Below, piece after piece: positions 29,834-40,592 of a DNA stretch of 64,000 nt. A program made the translations under genes and the position numbers. The notes beneath the pieces were generated by a model, which did not search any database, had not been told where the DNA came from, and saw only the letters and a list, made by a program, of their open reading frames with translations. Numbering within the stretch: position 1 is the stretch's first letter; every line of letters begins with the position of its first letter. Source of the stretch: a bacterium (GTDB lineage: Bacteria; Methylomirabilota; Methylomirabilia; CAVQYV01); the NCBI GenBank assembly GCA_043800755.1, contig JAZDMQ010000034.1:2656-66655 (forward strand), read 5' to 3'.

Positions 29834-30643
29834 TCAAGGCTGAGAAATCTGATAACTGAAAGAGAGCAAGGGATGTCTCTCCTCGCCCCGCAGCACATAA
29901 CCCCGAGCGAGGTCTTCCTGGTTGTAGAAGAGAGAGGCCATCTTCTCCACCTCCTCCACCGCCGCCTTGCCGATCCTCTCCAGGCAATTTTCCGAACCAA
30001 TCAACACGAAGGTAGATTCCCCGCGATGCCCCAGAAAGCACGAACCCTCCCCCAGCCGCTCCGCCAGTTCGCGGAGGATATTAGCCGTCGTTGCCAGGAG
30101 CTCTTCCCACTTGAGGCCCCCATATTTCTGCTGGAAGATGTGGATGGCCTCTGGCCGGAAGCGCATTTCGCACACCGAGAAAGTCTCTCTTGCCTCCCTG
30201 CGCCTCTCCAGCTCCTTCTCGATGGAGGGATGAGTCGCCAATCTGGTCAGGGGATGATAGCCCTCCCCGCTCTCCTTCAATTTCAGAAGCTGCATCACCA
30301 CCCGTTCCAGATCGAGGGGATCAAAGGGCTTCGTGACATAGTCGTCGGCCCCCGCATCCCGGCCCCAGAACTTGTCCTCCTTCTGGGCCTTGGCAGAGAG
30401 CATCACGATGGGAATCTCCCGATATTCGGGGCTTTGCTTGAGCTCGCGACAGACCTCGAACCCATTCTTTTTGGGCATCATGATATCCAGGATCACCAGA
30501 TCGGGCCTCTCTCGCTTCACCTGATCTAGTGCCTCTTCTCCGTCCTTGGCCAGGAGGATCTCGAAGTCCAGCGTCTCCAGGGCCATGGAGACCACCTCCA
30601 AGATGTAAGGATTGTCATCTGCCACCAATATCTTCTTCTTCAT
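29834..30643 (-). CDS. response regulator with C-terminal degenerate GGDEF-like domain
   Basis: MKKKILVADDNPYILE... REC domain. C-terminal domain aligns to GGDEF (HPLTRLATHPSIEKELERR ... FLGHRGESTFVLIG) but has HRGES in place of GG[DE]EF. Confidence 0.55.
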   Translation of the reverse strand: MKKKILVADDNPYILEVVSMALETLDFEILLAKDGEEALDQVKRERPDLVILDIMMPKKNGFEVCRELKQSPEYREIPIVMLSAKAQKEDKFWGRDAGADDYVTKPFDPLDLERVVMQLLKLKESGEGYHPLTRLATHPSIEKELERRREARETFSVCEMRFRPEAIHIFQQKYGGLKWEELLATTANILRELAERLGEGSCFLGHRGESTFVLIGSENCLERIGKAAVEEVEKMASLFYNQEDLARGYVLRGEERHPLLSFSYQISQP

Positions 30644-30663
30644 ACCTTGCTCCTTTAAAGATG

Positions 30664-33261
30664 CTACCCGGGGGGAAGAGCGAAAGTAAATCGGCTCCCC
30701 TTTCCCACCTCACTCTCCGCCCAGATCTTCCCGCCATGGGCCTCGATGATCTCTTTGCAGATAGACAGACCCAGACCCGTTCCCTGCGTCGCGGCACTCA
30801 GGCTACCGTCCACACGGTAGAATTTGTCGAAGATGCTGGCGAGATGCGGTTTGGGGATGCCAATCCCGCTGTCGATGACGCTCACCTCGATATGATTCAA
30901 TGAAGCCTGTGATCGCTCTTCCGGGGAGCTATTGTAAACCGCTCGCATGGAGATGATGATCGTCCCGCCGGCAGGGGTGAACTTGATCGCGTTGCCCAGC
31001 AGATTGTAAAAGACCTTCTTGATCTGTCCCTTGTCCGCCCGGACCTGGGGGAGGGAGGGAGGGATCTCCTGCTCCATCCTGAGCCCCTTCTCCTCCGCGA
31101 CCGTCTTCAGGCTCTCCATACAGTCGAGCCCCAGCTCGGCCAGGTTGATCTCCTCCCGCTTCATCTCGGCCTTCTTTGCCTCCAGCTTGGCCATCACCAG
31201 CAGATCATCGATCAGATCGGCCAAGTGGGTACTCTCCGCATTTACGATCTGGATTAACCGCGCCTGCTTGGGGTTCAACTCTCCGATCTGGGGACGCCCG
31301 AGGAGGGCGGCTGCCCCCTTAATTGAGGTCAGGGGGGTGCGCAATTCATGAGAGACATGGGAGACGAATTCCGACTTGAGCTGGCTGACCCGCTCCGCCT
31401 CGGTGATATCTTCCAATACCCCCAGGACCCCAATGATCTCCCCCTCCCCACTGCGAATCGGGGCCAACTTGGCCTGGAAGATCTTCTTCTCCGGTTCCTC
31501 CAGGGTGATCTTCTCATCCGAGGGCAGGCCCTGGTCCAAGCCTGCCTGCAACATCTGCCGAAAATGACCCCATACCCTGCTCTCGGTCACTACGCTTCCA
31601 TCACTGGACACCTGGACGATCTGAAAGATCTCTTTGGCCCTTTGATTGAAAAGGAAGAGATGGCTCGCTCGATCCCATACCACCACCCCTTCAACCATGC
31701 CCTCTAATATCGCCTCCATCTTGCTCTTTTCTTGGGAGATCCTTCCGTAGAGCTCCACCATCTTCTCATAGAGTCGAGCATTCTCCAGGGCGATGGCGAT
31801 CTGTTGGGAGAGCCCCACGAAGAGTTCCAAATCCCTTTCGCTGAAACCACCTTCCTCGATCTTGTTGATGGCCTCTGCTACCCCGATGACCTTTCCCTTG
31901 TAGAGCAAGGGTGCAGCAATCATCGACCGGGTCGTGAATTGGGTCTTCTTGTCCACCTGGGAGAAGAAACGCGGATCCTGCTTGGCATCGGAAACCACCA
32001 CTGGCTTTCCCTCTTGCGCCACCCACCCGGCGATGCCTTCTCCCTTTTTCAGTCGAAACTGCTTGACCTCCTCCCCCTTCTCCCCCAGGGCGACTTCGAA
32101 GACCAGCTCTCCGCTTTCCTCGTCCATCATCAGCAGTGAGCATGCCTCCACTCCCATGACCCTCTTCACCTGTTCCATGGCCTCGGCCAGCACTTCCTTC
32201 AGGTTGAGAGAGGAGCCAACCAGCTTGCTCACATTGATGAGGGTGTTGAGCTCTACCGCGTTCTGCCCTAAGTCGTTGAACAGGCGGGCGTTTTCCAGGG
32301 CCGAGGCGAACTGGCCGCAGACTAAGGTGAATTTCTCAATGTCCTCGGACGAAAAACCCTCATACCTCTCGGAGCCCAAAACCAGAAGGGCGAGGACCTT
32401 CTCCTTGGCAACGCAGGGCAAGATCAGCAGAGAACGGACCCCTTCTCTGCCCAGCAGTCCGGAAGGCGTAAACCTCTCCCGGAGGTGAAGAGAGATATAG
32501 GGCCTCCCCTCTTCCAAAAGGCATGCTTGCATCTCCCGTGGCAAATCCTCTCGAGGAATCTCGAGAAGTCCTGTATCCCCCTTCGAGGGATGCCTGCCCT
32601 GCAAACGAAGTCGCCTGGAATTCCCCTCGTAGAGGAAGATCGCCACCTCGGAGATCCTCCTCTGCTCCGAGACGAAGGCAAGGAGATACTCACAGATCTT
32701 CCCCGAATCGATGGTGGCGTTCAGGTCATGGCTCAGGCGCATCAGGCCTTTCGCCTTTTGGTAGAAGATCTCCTCCTTGCTGGACCCCTCCGCCAGGAAG
32801 CTGGCAAAGAGCGAAATGATATAAAGAAGAGGGACGCGGATCAGATTCACGGGCTCCCAGAGTTGGGGCAGGGATTGGTTCTTCAGGAAGAGCATGAGGT
32901 AAACCAGGACCGATACGGTGGCGATCAAGAAGGTCCACCGCAGATCCCTCCCCAGGGCAGCGATCAAGAGGGTGAGAAAGAAGATGAGGTAAAGGTCGAA
33001 GTCCCCGGAGAGATAAATCATGGAAGAGACCAGGAGAGTGTCGAAGATCACAATGGGGTATTCTAAATGCCATTTCTGGAATTGCCTGTTGGGAATGAAG
33101 GGAAGAAGGAGGTTGGAGAGGATAAAGAGGAAGAGGAAGCCGAGCTTGAGCGCGGCCCCCATCATCTCCCCTCCGAAGACCACCATGTAGCCCAACACCA
33201 AGATCATCAACCATCGGAGGAGGGCGATATTTCCCTTCTTGGAGAGGAAGAAGGTCTTCAT
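30664..33261 (-). CDS. membrane sensor histidine kinase with two GAF domains
   Basis: N-terminal ~5-6 TM segments, two GAF-like regions, H-box [13 protein letters not shown], HATPase_c [21 protein letters not shown]. Confidence 0.8.
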   Translation of the reverse strand: MKTFFLSKKGNIALLRWLMILVLGYMVVFGGEMMGAALKLGFLFLFILSNLLLPFIPNRQFQKWHLEYPIVIFDTLLVSSMIYLSGDFDLYLIFFLTLLIAALGRDLRWTFLIATVSVLVYLMLFLKNQSLPQLWEPVNLIRVPLLYIISLFASFLAEGSSKEEIFYQKAKGLMRLSHDLNATIDSGKICEYLLAFVSEQRRISEVAIFLYEGNSRRLRLQGRHPSKGDTGLLEIPREDLPREMQACLLEEGRPYISLHLRERFTPSGLLGREGVRSLLILPCVAKEKVLALLVLGSERYEGFSSEDIEKFTLVCGQFASALENARLFNDLGQNAVELNTLINVSKLVGSSLNLKEVLAEAMEQVKRVMGVEACSLLMMDEESGELVFEVALGEKGEEVKQFRLKKGEGIAGWVAQEGKPVVVSDAKQDPRFFSQVDKKTQFTTRSMIAAPLLYKGKVIGVAEAINKIEEGGFSERDLELFVGLSQQIAIALENARLYEKMVELYGRISQEKSKMEAILEGMVEGVVVWDRASHLFLFNQRAKEIFQIVQVSSDGSVVTESRVWGHFRQMLQAGLDQGLPSDEKITLEEPEKKIFQAKLAPIRSGEGEIIGVLGVLEDITEAERVSQLKSEFVSHVSHELRTPLTSIKGAAALLGRPQIGELNPKQARLIQIVNAESTHLADLIDDLLVMAKLEAKKAEMKREEINLAELGLDCMESLKTVAEEKGLRMEQEIPPSLPQVRADKGQIKKVFYNLLGNAIKFTPAGGTIIISMRAVYNSSPEERSQASLNHIEVSVIDSGIGIPKPHLASIFDKFYRVDGSLSAATQGTGLGLSICKEIIEAHGGKIWAESEVGKGSRFTFALPPG

Positions 33262-33264
33262 CCC

Positions 33265-34695
33265 TTAAGGCTCGTCCCGCAGGAGTTCGTTCTTCAAGAA
33301 GGCTTCGACCACCCGGGGGTCAAATTGGAAACCGGCCTCCTGCTTCATCTCGGCAATGGCCATCTCCCTGGTCTTGGCGGGGCGGTAGGGACGACCAATG
33401 GTAATGGCATCAAAGGCATCAGCAACCGCAATGATCCGGGAACCCAGCGGCGCCGCCTCTCCCTCCAACCCGAAGGGATAACCCCTTCCATCGAATCGCT
33501 CGTGGTGGTGCAGGATGATGGGATAAAGCCGTTGCAGACTGTCCACCGCGCTGATGATCTTGGCTCCCACCTGGGGATGTTGTTGGATCTCCCGGCGATC
33601 CTCTTCGGTAAGGGTCCCCATCTTACGTAAGATTTCAGTGTGAATCCCGATCTTGCCCACATCGTGCAACAGGCCCGCCAACTTGACATCCTCCCTCTCC
33701 TTGAAGTCAAAGCCCAATTGCGTTGCAATGGCGAGGGAGAAACGCATCACATTTTCGGAGTGCCCCCGGGTGAAAGGATCTTTGGCGTCGATGGCGGCCA
33801 CCAAGGCGCGAACTGTATCGAAGTAATTCCTGACCAAATCTTGATGGAGGCGGGCATTGTCGATGGCAATTGCGGATTGGCTCGCGAAGATGGAAAAGAG
33901 CCTTCCCTCCATCCTGAGCGCCTTATCCTCCGGCAAATCGACCAGGACGCACAGGAGTCCCATGGTCTTTCCCTGGGAGGAAAGGGGGTAGCAGAGGCCC
34001 TTCCCCGACGAAGGCATCCCCTGAAAATCGACCCAGAAGTGATCCCGCTCCCCTTCCTCCTTTTGGAGACACAACCCCAGTTCCGCCTGCAGCCGGTCCT
34101 GCACAGCCAGGGCGGCCGATTCCGGAATTCCCTCCCAGGCGCCAATCTTCAAACAGCGCTCCCCTTCATCCCAAAAATAGAGAGCCGCCCCTCTGGCCAG
34201 GCTATTACTCAGGATGAGCTTCAAGACCAGGTTCAAGACCTCGTCCAAATCGAGGGTAGAATTAATCACCTTGCCGGCCTCGTAAACCCCTACCAGGGCC
34301 TTCAACTCCCCCACCTCACGGGCGAGTCGTTGTTTCTCCAGCGCCTGGCCCAAGGTTATATTAAGGGAATTGATCTTGAAAGGCTTGGTGATATAATCAT
34401 AGGCTCCCAGCTTAATCGCGTTGACCGCCATCTCGATGGTCGGGTAGCCGGTCAGCATGACCACCTCGGTCTCTGGGTATTGGGCCTTGATTCCCCTCAA
34501 AAGCTGAATTCCATCCATCCCTGGCATCTTGATGTCAGAAATCACCACCTGGGCGGGCTGGGCTTCCAGCTTCTCCAATGCCTCCTCGCCGCTCGCGGCG
34601 GTGAAGACCTCATACCCTTCCTTCTCCAGCACGATCCGGATGCTCTCGCGCAGGTGAAACTCATCATCAACCACCAAAATCCGCTCCCTGGACAT
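33265..34695 (-). CDS. response regulator REC-GAF-HD-GYP (c-di-GMP phosphodiesterase type)
   Basis: MSRERILVVDDEFHLRE... receiver, GAF, then HD-GYP signature LLHDVGK...HHHERFDGRGYP. Confidence 0.8.
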   Translation of the reverse strand: MSRERILVVDDEFHLRESIRIVLEKEGYEVFTAASGEEALEKLEAQPAQVVISDIKMPGMDGIQLLRGIKAQYPETEVVMLTGYPTIEMAVNAIKLGAYDYITKPFKINSLNITLGQALEKQRLAREVGELKALVGVYEAGKVINSTLDLDEVLNLVLKLILSNSLARGAALYFWDEGERCLKIGAWEGIPESAALAVQDRLQAELGLCLQKEEGERDHFWVDFQGMPSSGKGLCYPLSSQGKTMGLLCVLVDLPEDKALRMEGRLFSIFASQSAIAIDNARLHQDLVRNYFDTVRALVAAIDAKDPFTRGHSENVMRFSLAIATQLGFDFKEREDVKLAGLLHDVGKIGIHTEILRKMGTLTEEDRREIQQHPQVGAKIISAVDSLQRLYPIILHHHERFDGRGYPFGLEGEAAPLGSRIIAVADAFDAITIGRPYRPAKTREMAIAEMKQEAGFQFDPRVVEAFLKNELLRDEP

Positions 34696-34794
34696 AAGAC
34701 GAAACCCTTTCCTCCAAATTCTTCAAATGTGAAGTCCCAACTCGGACTCAAAATAGCTGATCCCGGGAAACCCGTCAAGGCAAATTTGGGAGGC

Positions 34795-35523
34795 TCATCC
34801 CAGATCCCCCAGCTCGTACTGCAGAACGCTGAGGGCCACCAAGGCCACGCTTTCCGTGCGAAGAATGCGAGGACCCAGGGAGACGCTGATGTACCCTCTG
34901 GCCCTGGCCCTCTCCACCTCCTGGAGAGAGAAGCCCCCCTCCGGCCCCACCAGGAGGGTGTAGGCGGAGGAAGGATCTGCCCTCAGGGCCTGCCGCAGTC
35001 GGCGCTCAGTCTCCCCTTCCCAGAAGACGATCTTCACCCCGGGGAGGCCCCTCTCAAGAAAGGTGACCAGGTCTTGGGGGGGCTCGATCTCCGGGGCAGT
35101 CTGGCGAAGACATTGCTCGGCAGATTCCTTGGCGATCCTTCTCCACCGACTCAATTTAGAGCCACCCGCCTCACCCCGGGATGGGGTCCTCTCTGCGAGC
35201 AGGGGGATGATCTGGGAGGCTCCCAGTTCGGTCGCCTTTTTCACAATCAGGTCCATCTTGGGCCACCGGGGCAAAGCCTGGGCCAAAGTAATGATCAGGG
35301 CCGACTCTTCCCCGCCTCCCATCATTTCAATGAGCCTCCCGCGGACCTCGGTCTGGCTCACCTCCTCCAGAACGGCAAGGAAGCTCAACCCCCTTCCATC
35401 CAGAACCTCAATCGAGTCCCCGGGTCTCAATCTCAGCACCCTTCGGATCTGCCTGGCGTCCGCGCCGCGGATGCGGACCTGATCTCCTTGGACCCCCTCC
35501 TGGCCCACCAAGAACCGGTGCAT
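34795..35523 (-). CDS. rsmE: 16S rRNA (uracil1498-N3)-methyltransferase
   Basis: MHRFLVGQEG...IRGADARQIRRVLRLRPGD..., RsmE PUA-like plus SPOUT pattern, 242 aa. Confidence 0.8.
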   Translation of the reverse strand: MHRFLVGQEGVQGDQVRIRGADARQIRRVLRLRPGDSIEVLDGRGLSFLAVLEEVSQTEVRGRLIEMMGGGEESALIITLAQALPRWPKMDLIVKKATELGASQIIPLLAERTPSRGEAGGSKLSRWRRIAKESAEQCLRQTAPEIEPPQDLVTFLERGLPGVKIVFWEGETERRLRQALRADPSSAYTLLVGPEGGFSLQEVERARARGYISVSLGPRILRTESVALVALSVLQYELGDLG

Positions 35524-35524
35524 C

Positions 35525-36430
35525 TCAGCCCCTTGCCTTTAGCCCTGCCCCCAACCACTCCCCCTGAAACTCAAGCTCCACCATGGCCAGATGGGCCGCT
35601 TCCCAGGTAACCCTCAGCTCATCCATCTCCTTCCGCAGGATGCCGGAGAGAAACAGGATCCCCTTCCGGGGGGCCAGGTGAGGATCTAAGAGGGAAAGGG
35701 TTGGAAGGATCTCCTCCAGGGTCAAGTTCGCCACCACGATCTCGAAGGTCTCGTCAGCAAGGGATGCAAGGGATGTCCCGCACACCTCACCCTTTCCCTC
35801 CACTCTGTTTAACTCGAAGTTCTGCCGCGCGATGCGAGCTGACTCGGCGTCGACCTCCAGTGCCTTCACCAGCCTCGCTCCCAATTTAGCGGCGGCGATG
35901 GCCAGGATCCCCGATCCGGTTCCCAAGTCCAAGACCCCCTCTCCTCCTCTCACCCATCTCTCCAGGAATCGGAGGCAGAGCGCGGTGCTGGGATGCCGGC
36001 CGGTGCCAAAGGCCCTTCCCGGGTCGATCTCAATGATGACCTCCGAGGGATCAAGCAGATAATCCTCCCAGGTGGGCTTGATCACCAACCTCCTTCCCAG
36101 GAGGAGGGGCTTAAAGAAATCCTTCCATCTCTCCGCCTCCCCAGACTCTCTCCAAGGAAGGAGTTGGATCTGCGTTGGCCCAGGATCGATCCCCAAGCCG
36201 GCCAGGGCAGTCAGATAGTGTGCAACGGCCTGCAATTTGGAAGGAAGATGATTGTCCGAAGGAAAATATGCGGTGAGACAAACACCAGAGGCCTGGTCTC
36301 CCTGGCTGATGAGACCGCCGGCCTCCAGTTCAAAAAGGAGGTTGGCTAAGCCCTCTTCCGCCGGCTGGGAAACCTGGATGGAGACCTGGACCCAGGGAAG
36401 GGACTCGTCCTCCAGTCGGTTCTCATGCAT
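35525..36430 (-). CDS. prmA: ribosomal protein L11 methyltransferase
   Basis: VLDLGTGSGILAIAAAKLGA SAM-binding motif, PrmA pattern, 301 aa. Confidence 0.8.
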   Translation of the reverse strand: MHENRLEDESLPWVQVSIQVSQPAEEGLANLLFELEAGGLISQGDQASGVCLTAYFPSDNHLPSKLQAVAHYLTALAGLGIDPGPTQIQLLPWRESGEAERWKDFFKPLLLGRRLVIKPTWEDYLLDPSEVIIEIDPGRAFGTGRHPSTALCLRFLERWVRGGEGVLDLGTGSGILAIAAAKLGARLVKALEVDAESARIARQNFELNRVEGKGEVCGTSLASLADETFEIVVANLTLEEILPTLSLLDPHLAPRKGILFLSGILRKEMDELRVTWEAAHLAMVELEFQGEWLGAGLKARG

Positions 36431-36446
36431 GGCGGGATGCTATTCC

Positions 36447-37556
36447 TCAGCCCCACTTCTCTCTGATCCGATCAAAGATCCCCTTTGAATCCTGTTCGGC
36501 CGCTGCCTGCTCCAAAGAGGCCAACTCCTGCAAGAGCTCCCTCTCGCGGGCACTCAGCTTGGTGGGAACCTGGACCACCAATCTCACCTGCTGATCGCCA
36601 CGACCATGGCCGCGCAGGTTGGGCAGGCCCTTTCCCTTTAGGCGAAAGCTCTTTCCTGAGGGGGTTCCCGGCGGAATCACCAGCCGATGGCGGCCATTGA
36701 GGGTGGGGACCTCGATTTCATCCCCCAAGGCTGCCTGGGTGTAGGAGATGGGAACTTCGCAGATCACCTCATCTCCCTCCCGCGTAAAGAGGGGATGAGG
36801 TAATACTTCGATCTGAACATAAAGGTCGCCCCGCGGCCCTCCCCCTATCCCAGACTCCCCTTCGCCCGCAATCCGCAGCCGAGTTCCGGTCTCTACCCCC
36901 GGAGGGACCTTGAGGGAGATCTTTCTCTCCACCGACACTCGACCTCGTCCAGAGCACTCCGGGCATGGATCGGTGATGATGCGACCCTCTCCCTGGCATC
37001 GGGTACAGGTTTGGCCGATACTGAAAAACCCTTGGGAGAAGCGAATTTGCCCAACTCCTCCGCAGGTGGGGCAAGGGACGGGTTGGGTCCCTTTTCGGGT
37101 TCCGCGGCCGAGACAGGCAGTACAGCTCTCATGGCGCGGGATGGTAATCTCCCGCTCGGTTCCCGAGGCGACCTCGGATAACTCTACTTTCAGATCGTAG
37201 CGAAGATCGGCTCCCCTTTGGCCCCTGGTTCTTCGCGACCCAGTACCAAAGAATCCCTCAAAGAGATCCTCGAAGAGGGAGCCAAACCCGGTGCTAAATG
37301 GGGGAAAGTTGGAGTAATCCTCAAAATCCCTGACGCTGGGCAGATATCCGTATCGATCATAGGTGGATCGCTTCTCCGGATCGCTCAGGACGGAATAGGC
37401 CTCGTTGATCTCCTTGAACCGCTCCCCGCATTCCTGGTCCCCAGGGTTCTTATCCGGATGAAACCTCTGGGCCAGCATGCGGTAGGCTTTCTTGATCTCC
37501 TCCGAGCTTGCTTCCCGGCCAACTCCCAAGATGTGATAGTAATCCCGCCTACTCAA
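36447..37556 (-). CDS. dnaJ: chaperone DnaJ
   Basis: J-domain DYYHILGV...HPDKN, G/F region, four CxxCxGxG zinc-finger repeats. Confidence 0.9.
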   Translation of the reverse strand: MSRRDYYHILGVGREASSEEIKKAYRMLAQRFHPDKNPGDQECGERFKEINEAYSVLSDPEKRSTYDRYGYLPSVRDFEDYSNFPPFSTGFGSLFEDLFEGFFGTGSRRTRGQRGADLRYDLKVELSEVASGTEREITIPRHESCTACLGRGTRKGTQPVPCPTCGGVGQIRFSQGFFSIGQTCTRCQGEGRIITDPCPECSGRGRVSVERKISLKVPPGVETGTRLRIAGEGESGIGGGPRGDLYVQIEVLPHPLFTREGDEVICEVPISYTQAALGDEIEVPTLNGRHRLVIPPGTPSGKSFRLKGKGLPNLRGHGRGDQQVRLVVQVPTKLSARERELLQELASLEQAAAEQDSKGIFDRIREKWG

Positions 37557-38176
37557 GATCCCTCGTCCTCGTCCTGAGTCTCCTCCGGAGGTAGCGCCTT
37601 GGCGACCTTTACCATGGCCGGACGCAAGACCCGATTATTGAGGAGGTATCCCCGCTGTATCTCTTCTACCACCGTATTGTCTGGGTGAATGGCCGATTCC
37701 ACCGTCAAGACTGCCTCATGGAGTCGTGGATCGAAGACCTGTCCTTGGGCACGGATCTCCTTTACCCCCGCCCTCTCCAGGAAGGTGGTGAATAGCCGCT
37801 GTACCAACTCCAGTCCCTTCAGGAGGTTCTCTATATCAACATTTTCCCTGGCGGAATTGATGGCCCGCTCCAGATTGTCCAGTATCGGTATCATCTCCAG
37901 CAGGAGGCCCTCGTTGGCAAATTTGATCAATTCCGCCCGCTCTTTGGCCGTCCTCTTCTTGAAGTTTTCGAATTCAGCCTGAAGCCGGAGGAGCCGATCG
38001 GAGAGGACCTCGATCTCCCTTTCCTTCGATTCCAACTGGCTGACCCAGTCCGCCCCCTCCTGCTTCTGAGCTTCTGAAACCTCTTCCTTCCGATCAGACC
38101 CCTCTGATAGGGAGTCGGCATCGGAATCGAGACGGAGGGATTCTCCTTGGACTCCTGTCTCTCTGGTCTCCTTCAT
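37553..38176 (-). CDS. grpE: nucleotide exchange factor GrpE
   Basis: Coiled-coil N-terminus and GrpE C-terminal pattern (FDPRLHEAV...). Overlaps dnaJ by 4 nt. Confidence 0.85.
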   Translation of the reverse strand: MKETRETGVQGESLRLDSDADSLSEGSDRKEEVSEAQKQEGADWVSQLESKEREIEVLSDRLLRLQAEFENFKKRTAKERAELIKFANEGLLLEMIPILDNLERAINSARENVDIENLLKGLELVQRLFTTFLERAGVKEIRAQGQVFDPRLHEAVLTVESAIHPDNTVVEEIQRGYLLNNRVLRPAMVKVAKALPPEETQDEDEGS

Positions 38177-38477
38177 TTGATAATCCCTTCCCCTTCCCTT
38201 CTGGCCAACAACAGGCAGGTGAAGCTCCCCATCGTCGGGCGTGGTTTCCGGGAAATGAAGTACCTATCAATTTGTATTGCCCCTCGACCCCGCCCCCGGG
38301 CGAGGCTTGTGGGGCACGGTTCGGTCGAGAAACGCGCTTCCTGGGGCTGACCTCCAGGTGGAGATCACGATCAAGGCCCCTGATTGCTCCACCAGCCTTC
38401 AACGACAGTATTTCATCCATCTTTCAATGAAGACAAGGGGCAGAACAGTAGGGAGAGGTCATTAGGGCAAGGGAAGC

Positions 38478-39521
38478 TCAGACACACATCTCGGCCAGCA
38501 TGCGACTGACCAATTTGGCGGTATATTCCACCAGCGACATGATTCGGGGATATTCCATCCTCTTGGGCCCCAAGACTCCCAAGATGCCCACCGGGAGATC
38601 GCGATAGCAATAGGGACAGGCAACCAGGCTGCAATCCCCTATCTCCGCCGCCTGGTTTTCGGATCCGATGATCACGCTAACGCTTTGCTGCCGCAGGCAT
38701 TCGTCCAGGATTTTTACCAACCTGCCCTTTTCTTCGAACGTCGAAAAGATGAATCGCATCCTCTCGGCATCGGCAAACTCCGGCTGGCTCACCAGGTTCG
38801 CGGTACCTCCCACATAGAAGTCTTCCTCTTCGGCCCCCTCGAAGGCCTTTTGACCCAACTTGACCGCATGCCGCAATGGGTCATCATAAAGCATTTTCTC
38901 TTCTGCCATGCGCGAGAGGATCAGGTCCCGCACCTCCTCCAGGGTGAGGCCACCCAGCAAGTCATTCAGGCGAGCAGAGATGCGATTGAGCTGTTCCTGA
39001 TTCATCACCTCGTCCATGTGGATCACCTTATGTATGACCACCCCGGATTGGGAGACCAAAACGACCAGGATCCTCTCACTCTGAAGGTGAATGAATTCGA
39101 TCCGCTTGAACTGGGCACTCCGGAGCTTGGGGGCAAACACCATGCCGATATAGTGAGAGTAAGCGGAGAGGACCTTGGAGGTCATCCGCATCACATCCTC
39201 CAACTCACACGAGGAGGGACTGTAACATTTCTCAATCCGAGCCTCATCCGCCTTGCTGAGGCGAAACCGCTCGATCAGGCTGTCCACATAGCACCGATAT
39301 CCTCTGTCCGTAGGGATTCGTCCCGCCGAGGTATGGGGCTGGTGAAGGTAGCCCTTCTCTTCCAGATCCGCCATGATATTGCGGATGGAGGCTGGACTCA
39401 GGTTCAAGCCGTATCTCTTGGAGACGCTCCGTGAGCCGACCGGCTCCCCGGAGTTGATGAACTCCTTGACCGTGGCCCTCAGGATCTCTCTTTCCCGCTC
39501 ATTCAAGATGTCCTCTGGCAT
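38478..39521 (-). CDS. hrcA: heat-inducible transcription repressor HrcA
   Basis: MPEDILNEREREILRATVKEFINSGEPVGSRSVSKRYGLNLSPASIRN... HrcA wHTH and C-terminal domain. Confidence 0.85.
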   Translation of the reverse strand: MPEDILNEREREILRATVKEFINSGEPVGSRSVSKRYGLNLSPASIRNIMADLEEKGYLHQPHTSAGRIPTDRGYRCYVDSLIERFRLSKADEARIEKCYSPSSCELEDVMRMTSKVLSAYSHYIGMVFAPKLRSAQFKRIEFIHLQSERILVVLVSQSGVVIHKVIHMDEVMNQEQLNRISARLNDLLGGLTLEEVRDLILSRMAEEKMLYDDPLRHAVKLGQKAFEGAEEEDFYVGGTANLVSQPEFADAERMRFIFSTFEEKGRLVKILDECLRQQSVSVIIGSENQAAEIGDCSLVACPYCYRDLPVGILGVLGPKRMEYPRIMSLVEYTAKLVSRMLAEMCV

Positions 39522-39769
39522 TCCCTTTCTCTCCCCATGTCCTACTTTACTTATAAAATAACCAACGCCCCCTCAGTTGTCAAGAAGAAATCAGGGACAG
39601 TTATCTCGAAAAAATAAGGGGTTACCGTCATTCGCGATGGGCTGGGCCGGGAAGGAGAGGCTGAGTTGCCGGTGAGTGATGCACGGAGAAGATTCGGCCC
39701 CACGAAGGGTGAAGCGGGAGAAATCCGAGGGCCTTTAGAGCAAGCTGATCTCCTTGGGCCTGGATTCCG

Positions 39770-40357
39770 TCAGTGGACGATCTTCCCCATACGGCCCAAT
39801 CTCGGTCGGAACTTCTCACTGTCCCAGGACCAATAGACGAGGAAGGCTTTTCCTCGTATCTTTTTCTGATCGAGGAGGCCCCAGAACCGGCTATCCATAC
39901 TGTGATCGCGATTGTCCCCCATCATGAAGTATTCTCCAGGGGGGATCACAATCGGTCCTAAGAAGTCCCGGGGAGAGAAGGACTCATCCTGGACATCCGG
40001 ATCCGCATGAACGGCATAGGACTCCACGAGGGGGCGGTCGTTAATGAAGACCTGCTTATCACGCACCTCGAGCTTCTCTCCGGGGAGTCCGATGACCCGC
40101 TTGATGAAATCTCTCTTCTCATCTTTGGGATATTTGAAGACGATGATCTCGCCTCGTTGGGGGGAGACGAAATGGAAGATGAACTTATTGACCAGGATGT
40201 GGTCCCCGATCTGGAGGGTGGGAAGCATCGATCCAGACGGAATCTTGAAGGCCTGGACGATGAAGGTCCTGATCACCAGGGCCAGGACGAGGGCGATGAC
40301 AATCGCCTCGGCGTATTCTCTGAAAGTCGATTTCTCTCTCTTGAGCCTCTTGGGCAT
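39770..40357 (-). CDS. lepB: signal peptidase I
   Basis: TM anchor plus SGSMLPTL catalytic Ser box, ...GDNRDHSMDSRFWG. Confidence 0.85.
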   Translation of the reverse strand: MPKRLKREKSTFREYAEAIVIALVLALVIRTFIVQAFKIPSGSMLPTLQIGDHILVNKFIFHFVSPQRGEIIVFKYPKDEKRDFIKRVIGLPGEKLEVRDKQVFINDRPLVESYAVHADPDVQDESFSPRDFLGPIVIPPGEYFMMGDNRDHSMDSRFWGLLDQKKIRGKAFLVYWSWDSEKFRPRLGRMGKIVH

Positions 40358-40592
40358 TAATCACCTCGCAGAAGATCTTCCATCCGCAAGCCACCCAAAC
40401 GAGGCCTCCCTGCGAGGAAGGCACCCGAAGGTCAACCTTCGAATGCCGACCCCAAGGGAGGCCCACCTGGTAACGAAGCTTGAGGGCTGATTCAAACTCC
40501 CCCCCCAGGGGGGGTCTTTATTATTTCGATAGGTGAGCGCTCACCTGAAAGCGCGTTCCGGGATTGTGAGCCGTGCCTCTCCAGGAGATCCC

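Noticed and set aside
33640-35610. 656-aa plus-strand ORF spanning the HD-GYP regulator and rsmE region
   Set aside because: It overlaps two well-supported minus-strand genes. It has a Pro/Gly/Leu-rich low-complexity composition typical of antisense frames in GC-rich DNA and shows no domain signatures.
38177-39769. CIRCE operator for HrcA
   Set aside because: No TTAGCACTC-N9-GAGTGCTAA-like inverted repeat seen upstream of hrcA or grpE by eye. Reported only as an absence.
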